Assembly: GCA_965242925.1 (NCBI GenBank)
Contig: CBDEUM010000012.1
Coordinates: 32,001 to 96,000, forward strand
DNA from: Roseibacillus sp.
GTDB lineage: Bacteria; Verrucomicrobiota; Verrucomicrobiia; Verrucomicrobiales; Akkermansiaceae
Direction: 5' to 3'
Length of the DNA stretch: 64,000 nt
Shown: positions 30,585 to 41,600 of the stretch, in pieces
Position numbering within the stretch: position 1 is the stretch's first letter
Layout: every line of letters starts with the position of its first letter
Translations under genes and position numbers: made by a program
The notes under the pieces: generated by a model
What the model saw: only the letters and a program-made list of their open reading frames with translations
Databases searched by the model: none
Told to the model about the DNA's origin: nothing

Positions 30585-31985
30585 TGCCCAAACCAACCCT
30601 TCCGGGTTCCTCCGTGCATGTGGAGTTTTCCGTCGGTACTCGCAATCATGAGTGCCACCATGGCGTTCCCAATCGGTTCCAGTCCGAGATACTGGTCCCC
30701 ACCGATATTACGTTTGCCTCCGAAATAACCCACCGAGCCGGCGGCATTCCGGCTGAGTTCGAGAAAAGGCCTCCATTTGCGCATGATCTCCGCGTGTCCT
30801 TCCGGGTGTGCGCTCCTGAGGCCCGCAAATCCATAGATCACGCCGATCGACGACATGGCATGGGCATGCCTCATCCGGCCGTGATGCATAACGAGGGCAT
30901 CCGCGAGACGACGGGCCAGTTTGGGTTCCTTGCCTGCCACCATGAGCGCGGACGCCATCGCACCGGTGCGGGCGGAAATATCGGGACTGCGCGGAGCCCG
31001 CGAGGAATAGCCCAGTGCTCCCGTCTTCTCGTCCAGCGACCCCTGCACTTCCTGGAAGGATTGATTCCACACCACCTGATCCACCTCGTATCCGCATTTC
31101 CCGGCCAGCGCCCAGGCCAGGTGGGCCTGCACATTGATGATGACCAGGCCACCTCCATTATAGGGAATGTCAAAATGATGCCCCATCCTGCCCTTGGTGG
31201 TTACCCGCGCGGCAAGGAGATCGCAGTTTGTCTTCAGTGCCTTGGCGAAAGACCTGTCACCGGTCGCCAGTTGATACTCGGCAAGGAGAATAGCGGTGCT
31301 GGCCGCCTGCCAGTTCTTGGGACCTGTGCGCGGATTCTTCAAATCAGCGGAGGCAGTGCTCTTCTGGTTGATGAACCCGATCGCGGCCTTGATAGCCGGG
31401 AAGGTATTTCCTGTCATCCGCCGCCAGCAGTGAGAGTGCACAGAAAGCGGACATGTAGACGTCAGCGTCACCTCCCACCCCCGGTTGCCAGCGCCCGTTC
31501 TCCTGCTGCGTGGCATGCAGATGATCGGCAATGCCGGCAAGCAGGCCCGCGCTTTTGAGCCCCGCCCTGGTCAGGCTCACTCCCAGCGAAACCAGTTCCT
31601 TCCCGCGGCGAACCTGCAGGGACAATGCAGGGGGGGCAGCTGCACAGGCCGCAACAAGTGCCAGGGCAAGGTCCGTCTGCGGCCCCTCCAACCCCGTCTC
31701 GGTGCTCTTGGAGAACGGCTTCGACCTGCGTCCCCCGGCTGAGACGATGCGGTCACCACCCAGCAGTCCGGCTTTCTCCCCGGGACCATCCTTGCCCACC
31801 TCCATGATGAAAATCTCGCGCTCTCCATCGGAAAGGCGCCCCGTCGCCGAGAGCACCCCCAACGGAAAATCGTGATGTTCCCCTCTCTTGCTGTTCTGCA
31901 GCTTGGGATGGTAGCGCGGGAAATTCGAATCTGCGGCGTGGGAAGACAGGGACGCAAACAGAAGTAGAACCAGCGGATATCTCAT
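30581..31985 (-). CDS. DUF6288-like secreted protein with PDZ-like N-terminus (frameshift near 31398)
   Basis: GPGEKAGL.GGD.I (PDZ-like); QQENGRW...SAFCALSLLA joins AIKAAIGF after removing one base; (alpha/alpha) toroid-like C-terminus. Confidence 0.6.
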
Positions 31986-32167
31986 GGAGTGCATTGATCC
32001 TGCTCAGATCCCGATGGTTCGTCAACGGTCCGGCAAATGGGCAACGCCTGCCCACACACAATCTCTCTTCCACACTCTCCCCCGACACCGTGATCACCCT
32101 CTGGCAAGCATCCCCACCCAGGCTGTCTGTGCTGGACACCAGGGCCTCAGGGCATACATTACCACAC

Positions 32168-32845
32168 ATGAAAACATACATTCTGGCAGCCATGGTACTG
32201 GCAGGCATCACCCAACTGAGCCTTGCAAACCTGAAAATCCCCCGTTCTGTCTATCAGGTTGAGGACATGGAGGAAGCCATGGCCACAGCCACCGAAAAGG
32301 AGAAGCCTCTCATCTTTGTCTTCACTGACCCGGGCACCACATGAGGATCTTGCCTGGCCGCCAGTTCGGAGGCCTTCAAGTCGTTTAAGTCTGTCGGCGT
32401 GGTTGTTTTTGCCAATTCGAGAACGGATTTCGGCAACCTTCCCGCTGGAGCCAGGGAAGTGCGCGCCAAGGGCGGCAACACCATTCCGATGGTGTTTGTC
32501 ACAACCGCTGACGGACGGAAGGGCATTGACGCGATCCCCTACACCTCTCTGAAAAACGACATGCGGAAATCCGTGCGCACCCTCCGGACCACCCTGGAAA
32601 ACGTCGATGTGCTGAATGGTGGCGCGGAAGCCGACCGCAAGACGACGGAAGATGATGCGACCTCTCCTGCCGCCGACCAGCCTGAGTTCACGGAATGGAA
32701 GAACACTGCCGGGCGCGTCATCGAGGCCGCCGCCAGGGAAGTGAAGGGCGGCAAAGTCCTCTTCCTCCTCCCGAACGGAAAGACGGTCTGGTACGATATC
32801 TCCAACCTTTCCAAGGCAAGCCGGAAGAAGCTCCCCGGGGAATAG
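32168..32845 (+). CDS. Putative selenoprotein: secreted thioredoxin-like protein with UxxC motif and C-terminal SHD1-like domain (TGA 32342-32344 = residue 59)
   Basis: EEAMATATEKEKPLIFVFTDPGTT-TGA-GSC reads in frame into ORF 32399-32845; IPMVFV cis-Pro-like motif; EWKNTAGRVIEA...ISNLS (SHD1-like). Confidence 0.85.
32342..32380 (+). promoter_or_regulatory. UGA plus SECIS-like hairpin
   Basis: TGA + 11 nt + GGCC-G-CC-AGTTC-GG-A-GGCC; lower stem CTTG(32349-52)/CAAG(32377-80). Confidence 0.7.
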
Positions 32846-32870
32846 AATTCCGGCAATTCGACAATTCCGG

Positions 32871-32904
32871 AACGCCGCGACCTTGTTCCAGGTCACGGCG
32901 TTTT
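32871..32904 (+). terminator. Rho-independent terminator
   Basis: AACGCCG-C-GACCT-TGTTCC-AGGTC-A-CGGCG-TTTT downstream of the TAG at 32845. Confidence 0.75.
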
Positions 32905-32943
32905 CGTTTCCATGAAGAACCGGCGGGATGCTCTGAACCGTCG

Positions 32944-34401
32944 CTACCGCGGGATCCTGACCAGGGTGTAGTAAGCCTCGGGATGCAGGAGCTTGGCACC
33001 GTCCCGGGCGATCAGATTGCTCATCACCAATTCGTGCACATACCCGGCCCGCATTCCGTCGAGGGTCAGGCGCACCGCCCTTCCCTCTTCCAGCACCTCG
33101 GCGGACTTGATGGCGACCGGTTGGGTGTCTGCCTCCGGCCCACCATAACGCGACTCCAGCTTGTAGGTGTAACTTTTCATAGCGTAGTTTTCCACCCTCC
33201 CGGCTGCCGCCATGTCCACCGGCTTGGTGAAAGTCAGGAGGAACCCGCCCTTCTGCACCTTCATGCTGTGAACCTCGAAGGGCAGCTTGCCCGTCCAGCG
33301 CAACCGCTGGAATCCCCAACCCTTGTTTCCCCGGCCTCCCCAGCCCGCATTCGACATCCCCACGAACATCGAGGCATCTTTACCGAAGGCCACGCGAATG
33401 ATTCCGCACTGGAACCCCTCACGAAACCGGAAGCATGCGCCCTGCCAGTGGCCTTCCACTTTTTCGAGAAACACCCGCATGACCCAGGCGTGGTGCTGAT
33501 CAGCCACAAAGAGCTGCCCCGCGAACGGACCAAACCCGCCCCCGGAGGTATCCCAGCACATCCCGCTCGGGCTCTTGCCCATCTTGTTGTAGGGAAACCA
33601 GACCGCCGGCATTTTCCACTGGGGGATCGTTTCATGAAGATCCTTCATGAAGGTCCCCGATTTGGGGCTGGGAATCTGATCGAAGGGGGATCCGGCCAGT
33701 TCCTTGCTCGGCAAGCCATGGGGATGTCCGTGAAATTCGCCCTTGGCGAGGTGCGATAGTTTGGAGGCGTTGCACCATTCACCCTGGTTGTCTGTGTAGA
33801 AGATCTCCCCATCGGGACTCGCTTCAACCCCGGCAGGTGAACGCAGGCCCGTGCACATGGGCTCCATCCTGCCCGTCCGGGGATCGATCCGAACGGCCCA
33901 CCCCCGCCAGTGAGCCCGTCCATAGGGCTGACCCCCGAAGGGCTTGTTGAGGGTAATCCACATCTTGCCGTCCTTGTCCATTCGTGGACCGAAATTGTAT
34001 TCATGATAGTTGCCGCTGATTTCCCAGTCGTCACAGACCGTGATGAACTCATCGGCTTTCCCGTCACCATCTGAATCCCGCATCCGGGTCAACTCGCCCC
34101 GCTGGGCGGTATAGACCCAGCCCTCGTGCTCCAGGAAGCCAAGGGGTTGAGCCAGCCCGCGTGCATATTTCCTGTAGGAAACCTTTTCCGGGTCATCCTC
34201 GTAGGCCCCCTCCGCGAAAAACACATCACCGGTGCGGGTTCCCAGCAGGATGCTCCCGTCCCCAAGTTTGGTCAGGGCACCTATTTCAAGTTTGAGCCCC
34301 CGGTCCGGGAAGGTGTCGATCCTGTAGAATTCATCCTCGGAATTCTGGGCTGCCGCCGAGAGACCGGCGACAGTGAAAAGGACAGGAAGAATGCGACGCA
34401 T
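32944..34401 (-). CDS. Secreted beta-propeller, glucose/sorbosone-dehydrogenase-like PVC protein
   Basis: ELTRMRDSDGDGKAD, GNYHEY, GLRSPAG, TDNQGEW, PFAGQLFV. Confidence 0.75.
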   Translation of the reverse strand: MRRILPVLFTVAGLSAAAQNSEDEFYRIDTFPDRGLKLEIGALTKLGDGSILLGTRTGDVFFAEGAYEDDPEKVSYRKYARGLAQPLGFLEHEGWVYTAQRGELTRMRDSDGDGKADEFITVCDDWEISGNYHEYNFGPRMDKDGKMWITLNKPFGGQPYGRAHWRGWAVRIDPRTGRMEPMCTGLRSPAGVEASPDGEIFYTDNQGEWCNASKLSHLAKGEFHGHPHGLPSKELAGSPFDQIPSPKSGTFMKDLHETIPQWKMPAVWFPYNKMGKSPSGMCWDTSGGGFGPFAGQLFVADQHHAWVMRVFLEKVEGHWQGACFRFREGFQCGIIRVAFGKDASMFVGMSNAGWGGRGNKGWGFQRLRWTGKLPFEVHSMKVQKGGFLLTFTKPVDMAAAGRVENYAMKSYTYKLESRYGGPEADTQPVAIKSAEVLEEGRAVRLTLDGMRAGYVHELVMSNLIARDGAKLLHPEAYYTLVRIPR

Positions 34402-34409
34402 CTGATGAG

Positions 34410-37208
34410 CTACCATTTGATCCGAATGTTGAATTCCAGTTGATCTCCCGGGGCCAGAGAGAGCGGCACCATCAGCTCAAGGCCTCCCGATCCCTCACGA
34501 ACAGAAGGTTGCATCTCCTGGTTCCCTTCAATCCAGAGCGAAACCTTCTTGTCAACAGCCCATGATCCATCGTCCCGCTTCTCAATCGCCTGCCCTGTCG
34601 CGGCTATGAACGTCAGGCCCTTTCGCGCGAAGTCCTTCCCGGCCCTGAGCTTGAAGTGGCGCTGCAGGACGGCTCCTCCTGGCTGGAGAACCGGTTTGGG
34701 CTGCTCCTGGATGAGGCAGCCTCCAAGCTGATACTGAAAGACCGGTTCGCCATTAGATGTCAGGCGGTAACCCTGGAACTCACCACCCACGTCCCGATCT
34801 GTCTTGCCCACGGAGGGCCAGGGAGCGGCGGGCGTTTCCAGGAAGGCAAAGGCGGGCCCCGCCGGGAAATTGTAGATATCCGTCCCCAGAGGGCTGAAAA
34901 ACTTGTCGCTGCGACCGCTTGCCACCCCGGAAGAATCAAAAAAACGTCCCCTCCAGGTCTTCGCCAAGCGGGTGACATTGGCATCAAATGCCACGTGAAC
35001 CCGCTCCGGGAAGCCCGCCACGATGGCCCGGGGCCCCACGTCGGTCATGAAAGTACGGTGCACGATAGGCTCGAGGAGAGGCTTGAGTTCACTTCCTGTT
35101 CCCCCTTCTTCAGCTATTCCAGGCGGGGGAGGCATGGATTTACCGAGGGAGAGGTAGTTCCAGATTCCCTCAACCTGCCTGTTGGTATCGCCCCCTGCGA
35201 TTTTCTTGAAGGAGGCCACTCCACCAGGCCAGAACGCCGGCATGCGGGTGTCCCTGTTGAAAGCCTGAGGATTGTGAAGAAAACGGACGAACCAGCCCGG
35301 GGTGAGCCGCTGCTGCATTTCCGCAAGGTCAATGCCGGGAATTCCCACCGCCTGACGTCCTCCCACATTATGACAGGTGATACAGACGAGCCCACCCGTG
35401 CCAACCAGGGCCTGTCCGTCGCGGGCTGATCCATAGTTGAATTCAACAGCCCTGGCGTCATCAGGCCGGGCGTCGGCTTCAAGAAAGGCCGCCACCAGCG
35501 GCTCCAGGTTCTCCTTGCCGAAACCCGGCATGCGGGTGGACATGAATCGTCCCCGCACATGCATCTCACCGTGATAGAGGATTCGTTCCAGTGCTTCCTT
35601 GCGGAACTTGGATCCGGCCGTATCCAGGTTGGGGGGGATTTTCCCCTCCTCCCCCAGATCAATCTCCATCTTGGTTCCGAAGAACCCGCGACGCGAGTCA
35701 TCAGGTCCTCCCTGCCCCCCCCTCTGGTGGCAGGCATAACAGTTGAAGGAGGCCAGATGCTTCTGCACAATCTGCCCGGCCGTTAAAGGCTCCCGCCGCT
35801 CTTCCCTGAGTGCCAGAGCCTCCTTCAGCGCCGACCGCTGGACTTGCGAAAGATTGTAGTCTGGCGCGTTCGCCGGCACGTTCTCCGAAAGACAGCCCCG
35901 GTCAGGGACGAGATCCGCGAAAGGGTTTGCGCCTGGAGACGACTCCCGCCCGGGCAGAGAATGGCATGAAGCACAACCGCGGTTGACGAAAATCTTCGCC
36001 CCTCCTGCCACCTTTTGCTGATCGATCACCATGGTCTCGTGCCCAACCGGAGACATCGGATTCCCCCGCGGCAGGAAGAGGTTCCAGGAGGGAATACGTT
36101 GCTTGGGGACATCCGGCCCCTGCCATCCCACCCCAAAAATCGCACTATCCGTTTTTTGGAAGTAGCGCACGTCCAACTCGTGTTCACCCGCCTTCAGTTC
36201 CACCGAACCCGACACCTCCTTCCGGGTATGCACCCCATCACTGTCCACCACCGGCTCCCCATTAAGGAGCACCTGTGAGCCGTCATCCGAAACCGTGAAG
36301 AATGTCCACTTCCCGTCTTTCGGAACCTTGAGGATCGCACGCCAACGCATTGCGAAATCCTGGCGCCGCTTCTGGAAGCCCATGTTGAAGGTGATGGTTC
36401 CATGCGTTCCACTCTTCGTGGCCGTGAGTGTCTCGAAGTCAGGCAATCTGTCTCCCAGAGGCGCCTCGAAATACTCCCACCGCACACCCGGCTCCGCCTT
36501 GGTCTTTAACCCGGATTGATTCTTCAACTGGTCCCGAAGGAGATACACTGCCAGGGCATGCGCTTCATTCTCCGACAGCCACAACCTGGGCATGCGCCCG
36601 GACCTGCGAATCTTGAGAGGATCGAGAAGAAAGGCCGTCAAATGATCCACCGTGGTCTTCGCGGCCAGTTCCCCGAGAGGGATTGCCGAAGCCCCGGGAC
36701 CCTCTATCGGCATCTCCGGTTCGTGACAGGAAACACAGCCCACCGAGTGATACAAATCGCGGCCGCGCTCCACCAGACGCGCACTGCCACCACGCCCGGA
36801 GGATTGGATCCCACCCCCCTGCGATACCAGAAAATGCACCAGCGACTCGACTTCTGCCTGCCGGTCCCCGGCCGCTGTGCCATGAAAGAGGTCCGGCATG
36901 GTCGTGCCCGGCTTCACTTCGTGATTCTCCGAAAGAAACCTGCGCAGATAACCGGGAGTTACCCTGGCCCCGACGGCGGAGAGATCCGGCGCCCTCTTGG
37001 TCGCAACCACCGGAGTGTCCCCCTGCTGCTCGTGGCAGGAGAGACAGTTGAGTTCACCCAGGAGAAGTTCCCCTGCGGCGGCCTTTCCTTCCGGATCACC
37101 GTGCAGCAGATCAAAGGCGGGAACCACCGGTTCCCCGGAAATCAATCCGTGGCTGAGAACAGGAAAAACCGCAAACAGCAACAAGCGAGAAGGACCGCCT
37201 AAACTCAC
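34410..37208 (-). CDS. Multiheme c-type cytochrome with PA14 domain
   Basis: Five CxxCH motifs (CLSCH, CVSCH, CASCH, CYACH, CITCH); FFTVSDDGS PA14 motif; start uncertain. Confidence 0.85.
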   Translation of the reverse strand: MSLGGPSRLLLFAVFPVLSHGLISGEPVVPAFDLLHGDPEGKAAAGELLLGELNCLSCHEQQGDTPVVATKRAPDLSAVGARVTPGYLRRFLSENHEVKPGTTMPDLFHGTAAGDRQAEVESLVHFLVSQGGGIQSSGRGGSARLVERGRDLYHSVGCVSCHEPEMPIEGPGASAIPLGELAAKTTVDHLTAFLLDPLKIRRSGRMPRLWLSENEAHALAVYLLRDQLKNQSGLKTKAEPGVRWEYFEAPLGDRLPDFETLTATKSGTHGTITFNMGFQKRRQDFAMRWRAILKVPKDGKWTFFTVSDDGSQVLLNGEPVVDSDGVHTRKEVSGSVELKAGEHELDVRYFQKTDSAIFGVGWQGPDVPKQRIPSWNLFLPRGNPMSPVGHETMVIDQQKVAGGAKIFVNRGCASCHSLPGRESSPGANPFADLVPDRGCLSENVPANAPDYNLSQVQRSALKEALALREERREPLTAGQIVQKHLASFNCYACHQRGGQGGPDDSRRGFFGTKMEIDLGEEGKIPPNLDTAGSKFRKEALERILYHGEMHVRGRFMSTRMPGFGKENLEPLVAAFLEADARPDDARAVEFNYGSARDGQALVGTGGLVCITCHNVGGRQAVGIPGIDLAEMQQRLTPGWFVRFLHNPQAFNRDTRMPAFWPGGVASFKKIAGGDTNRQVEGIWNYLSLGKSMPPPPGIAEEGGTGSELKPLLEPIVHRTFMTDVGPRAIVAGFPERVHVAFDANVTRLAKTWRGRFFDSSGVASGRSDKFFSPLGTDIYNFPAGPAFAFLETPAAPWPSVGKTDRDVGGEFQGYRLTSNGEPVFQYQLGGCLIQEQPKPVLQPGGAVLQRHFKLRAGKDFARKGLTFIAATGQAIEKRDDGSWAVDKKVSLWIEGNQEMQPSVREGSGGLELMVPLSLAPGDQLEFNIRIKW

Positions 37209-37350
37209 CCCCCGACTATGAGAAGCCGAACCATGGAGCGGCAAGCCGAATTGCACGATCCATCCCGGAAGACAGGGTGGTGAAGGTGGAACTACGCACT
37301 CCTCCCCGATCTCGCTCACCGTTAAGTGAGCGTCCGCCACGGGATTTGCT

Positions 37351-38556
37351 CTACTTCGCTCCAGTCTTCCCCCAGTCCGGCACGGTCCCGTCTCCGGTCT
37401 CCTTGCCCCCGAGCACCCAGCTCAGGTTGAAGCGGGCCAGGGTGGATCCTCCCTTGGGGCCTCCCTCAAAATGGAGGAAGACCAGCCCCTCGGTTTTCGT
37501 CCCGGGACGTCCCGAGGTCATCGCGGAGTAGCCAAAGGCTCCTTGGAAAACGAGCCGTTTGATGGGCCAGGTCTTTCCGCCATCAAAGCTCGCCCAAACC
37601 GTGCCGAGCCTGCGGCCACCCGGACTGTCACAGTTACTGTAGAGGAGAATGTCGCGCCCCTTCACATTCAGCCGGGTCAACCCGGCCATGCACCCGTAGT
37701 TCGTATTCTGGGGACCGTCCGGGAGCACCTTGCAATAGGTCAGGTCTTTCCAGGTCTTGCCTCCATCCGTGCTTGTAGCCGTCCAGCGTCGGCGGGGATC
37801 AGCCCCTTCCTCCGCCCAGTGTCGGCGCGAATTATAATACACCGTGCCATCGCTCAGCTCCGCGATGGTGGCTTCACCTGTTCCCTTGGCTGGAAAAGGA
37901 TCACTGGTCTCCCAGGTCTTTCCCCCGTCGTCGCTGAAGACTGCATTGGTGTAATGCTCCGGCCATTTCTCCCGCGCATTTTTGCCGGCATACCAGCGCG
38001 AAGGACGGATAATCCTGCCCGCATGCTTGCCATGCCGCAGGGTGATTCCGTGATCATTCATGTGCATCGAGGGCACGTTCCCCTTCGAGTCCGGCTTGAT
38101 GATGGCCTCAACCTTCTCCCAGCTCTTACCGTGATCCCCGCTCTTGAAGACATGGAGAGGCGCGGGAGGATGACGCTCTTCCACGAAAGCGAAGATCTCA
38201 CCCGTTCCCTCGCTCACGGTGAGTCCCCCGCACTGGAATCCAGGCTTCGAAATGGTGATCTCCTCGCTCCAGGTGGCCCCGGCGTCCTGGCTGAGCCGGG
38301 CCCGCACGCTGCTGGTCCCGAAGGTGGCCACCACCGTGCCATCAACACCCACCACCACATTGGGAAATCGTTCCCCCCGGAAGACCTGGGTCAACTCCAA
38401 CGCGGCCTTGCCGAGGTGAGCGTCAAGTTTGCCTTCGGCCGGAAGTCCGGAGGCGGTTTGAGGTTCTGCTGCTGTTCCTATACTAGTCAGCGTCCAACCA
38501 CAGAGAGCGGTGAGAACGAGACCACGGGCCATCTTTTCAAAGGTATGTGCGCGCAT
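37351..38556 (-). CDS. Sialidase-family (GH33-like) Asp-box protein
   Basis: RFP motif, five SxDxGxxW Asp boxes, GYSAM. Confidence 0.85.
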   Translation of the reverse strand: MRAHTFEKMARGLVLTALCGWTLTSIGTAAEPQTASGLPAEGKLDAHLGKAALELTQVFRGERFPNVVVGVDGTVVATFGTSSVRARLSQDAGATWSEEITISKPGFQCGGLTVSEGTGEIFAFVEERHPPAPLHVFKSGDHGKSWEKVEAIIKPDSKGNVPSMHMNDHGITLRHGKHAGRIIRPSRWYAGKNAREKWPEHYTNAVFSDDGGKTWETSDPFPAKGTGEATIAELSDGTVYYNSRRHWAEEGADPRRRWTATSTDGGKTWKDLTYCKVLPDGPQNTNYGCMAGLTRLNVKGRDILLYSNCDSPGGRRLGTVWASFDGGKTWPIKRLVFQGAFGYSAMTSGRPGTKTEGLVFLHFEGGPKGGSTLARFNLSWVLGGKETGDGTVPDWGKTGAK

Positions 38557-38617
38557 GGTGGCTTGGTATGTTGACAAGGAGCATGATCCCCATTGCAGTG
38601 GTCGTCGACTCCAATCA

Positions 38618-41600
38618 ATGAAGGCCCTAACACCCGGCCCCGGCACTGGCAAGCGGAAGAAGCTCACATCCCTGATCGCCCTGACGACATGTGGACTGGT
38701 CCTTGGGGGGACAATCAACGGTGCTGAAAAGAACACGCCCTTTCAATCACCTCCACTGGAGCTACGGGACGGATTCGAAATTACCCTCGCTGCCGCTCCC
38801 CCTCTTCTCAAGTATCCCATGATGGCCTGCCTCGACGACAAAGGCCGTCTTTATGTGGCCGAAAGCGACGGACGCAATCTCACCACCCGCAAGGAGATCG
38901 AAAAGGAACGCCCTCGCTTCGTGCGCCGCCTCACCGATACGGATGGCGACGGCGTCTTCGACCAGAGCACCATTTTTGCTGACAGAATGACCATGCCGGA
39001 GGGTGGCCTCTGGCACAACGGGGCCCTTTACATCGTCTCCGCCCCTTACCTCTGGAGACTGGAGGACACGGACGACGACGGCGTGGCCGACAAGCGTGAG
39101 AAAATCATCGGGGAGATGGAGTTCGATGGCCGGGCCAACCAGCACGGCCCCTACCTCGGCCCCAATGGTCGACTCTACTTCAGCGGCGGCCACTTCGGTT
39201 ATCAGTTTACCGGACCGGACGGCAGCAGGACCGGGCAGAGCCGGGCGGGCGGAATCTTCTCCTGTCGCCCGGACGGGAGCGACGTGCGAATCGACGGGCA
39301 GGGACCGATCAACCCGGTGGACATCGCCTTCACCAGGGAGGGCGAGGTTCTTTCCACCGCCGCCATCTACGACAGCTTCGGCGGCAAGCGCCATGACGCA
39401 CTCATTCACTGGTTTCCCCGCGGACTCACCCAGCGACTCTACGGACAACCCCTCCTCCCGGAAACCGGCCACCGCGTTCCCGCCACCATTCGCTGGGGAC
39501 AGGTCGCCCCGGCCGGCTTGATGCGTTACCGCGGAATGCAGTTCGGCGATGACTACCGTGACACCCTTTTCGCCTGCCACTTCAATTCCAACCGGGTGCG
39601 CCATATCAGACTCATCTCCGACGGCGCCACCTTCACTGCCAGGGACGGGGATTTCCTCACCTCCTCCAGCCGGGACTTTCATCCCACCGATATTCTGGAA
39701 GATGCGGATGGGAGTTTGCTCCTGTTGGACACGGGAGGCTGGTTGAGCTGGGGGTGTCCGCACTCCAAGGCCGCCAAGCCCGAGGTGCTCGGTGCGATCT
39801 ACCGGATCCGCAGGAAGGAGGGATCCTCCCCGACCGATCCCCGGGGCGCGAAGATCCAATGGGACCAATTGGCCGCCACAAACCTCGCCAAACTGCTTGG
39901 CGATCCCCGCCCTGCCGTGCGTGACCGGGCCCAGGCACAGCTCATCGCCCTGGGGGAACGGGCCTTCAAATCCCTCGCGCAACTCTGCTCTCCAAATCTC
40001 ACCAGGGATGCCGACGTTCGCAGAAGGGCCGTCTTCACCATCTCGCAACTGAGCGTTCCCGGGATCAGCCAGCAACTCCGTTCCTCCCTGGAGGACCCTT
40101 CCGTGGAAGTCCGGCGGGCAGCCGCGCGCTCCCTGGGAGAACTCCGGATCGGTGAAGCCGTACCAATTCTTGCAAAGGCCCTGACCGACCAGGATGCCGC
40201 CGTGCGCCGGGTGGCCGCCACTGCCCTGGGACGGATTGGCGACAGGGAAGCGATCGGGTTTCTCTTCCGTTCCCTGCAGGAGAATTCCCAGGCGGCCTTC
40301 CAACATGCCATCCGGTTGGCCCTGATCGAGATCGGGGACGCCAAGGGTTGCCTGCCCTGGCTCAAGGGCCCCGCCCCTCACCACCAGGCCACCGCCCTGC
40401 GCGTCATGGAGCAGATCAATCCCAAGTCTCTCGAACTGGAAACCGTGGTTCCCTTCCTGCGCTCCGCCCTCCCCGTGCTGCGCAACGAAGCGAGGCGTAT
40501 CGTGGCCCGGCGCCCCGACTGGAAGGAGTCAGTCTTCTTGCTCTTCCGTGAACTTCTTGGCGAGGAGCAGCAGGATCCTTCCTCGGCTCAGTTGGCGGAG
40601 GAGATCATGATGAGCTTCGCGACCGACGAAGAGTTTCACCGCATGCTCGCCCGCCTTCTCTCCGACCAGGCCGCCAGCGAATCCTCCAGGCACCTCCTCC
40701 TGTCCTGCCTGGGCTACCTCGAACAACTTCCCGCGGACACCGCCCCTGCGGTGGGCTCCCTTCTCGAGAGTCCCTCGCGCAAACTCCGCGGTGAAGCCAT
40801 TCGTCTCGTCGTCAACTCGAATTCCTACTCTGGCTTCCAGAAGGCAGTGGAAGCCATGGCGATCAAGCCCGGAGAACACCCGCTCATCCGGGCCACCGCT
40901 CTCGAGGGCATCGCAGGACACGGAGGCAGTCTCTCCAACGAGCAGTTCACGGTGGCGGAGGGGTTGCTGAGTGATCCCGAATCTGCTCCGGAAGTGAAGA
41001 GACAGGCCGCCCGGGCCCTCAGCCGACTCGCAGTCCGTCAGGAGTCTCCGGGCCAGGCCGCGGCTCTCGTCCGCCTCGTCGCCACCGCCGCACCCTTCCA
41101 CCTCGGACTCCTGCTCAAACCCTTCCAGCACCTCGATCCCGGACAGTGGCCGAACGAGGAGTTTGATGCCCTCGGCACCACCCTGGCCGGGGCTCTCAGG
41201 GAAAGCCCAGGGCGCAAGGGTCTCAGTGGGGATCAGCTCACCGCCCTGTCCGGCAGGTTCCCCCCGGCCTATCCACAGGCTCACCGCGCCTTTGACGAAT
41301 TCGCGCGCACGAATACCGCCGATTCGCGGCAGCGGGAAGAAACCCTTGCGCGGCTCCTCAAGGCGGCCGACCAGGGCAATGCTTCCCGGGGCCGCGTCCT
41401 TTTCCACGCCAATCGCTCAACCTGTTCACTCTGTCACCGCATTGACAACCGCGGTGGCACCCTGGGACCGAATCTGAGCAGGATCGGGGCGATCAGAAGC
41501 GCCAAGGATCTCCTTGAGGCCATCGTCTTTCCCAGCGCCACCGTGGTGAACGGATTTGAATCCTACCTCCTGGCGGACAACAGGGGCAACGCCCACACCG

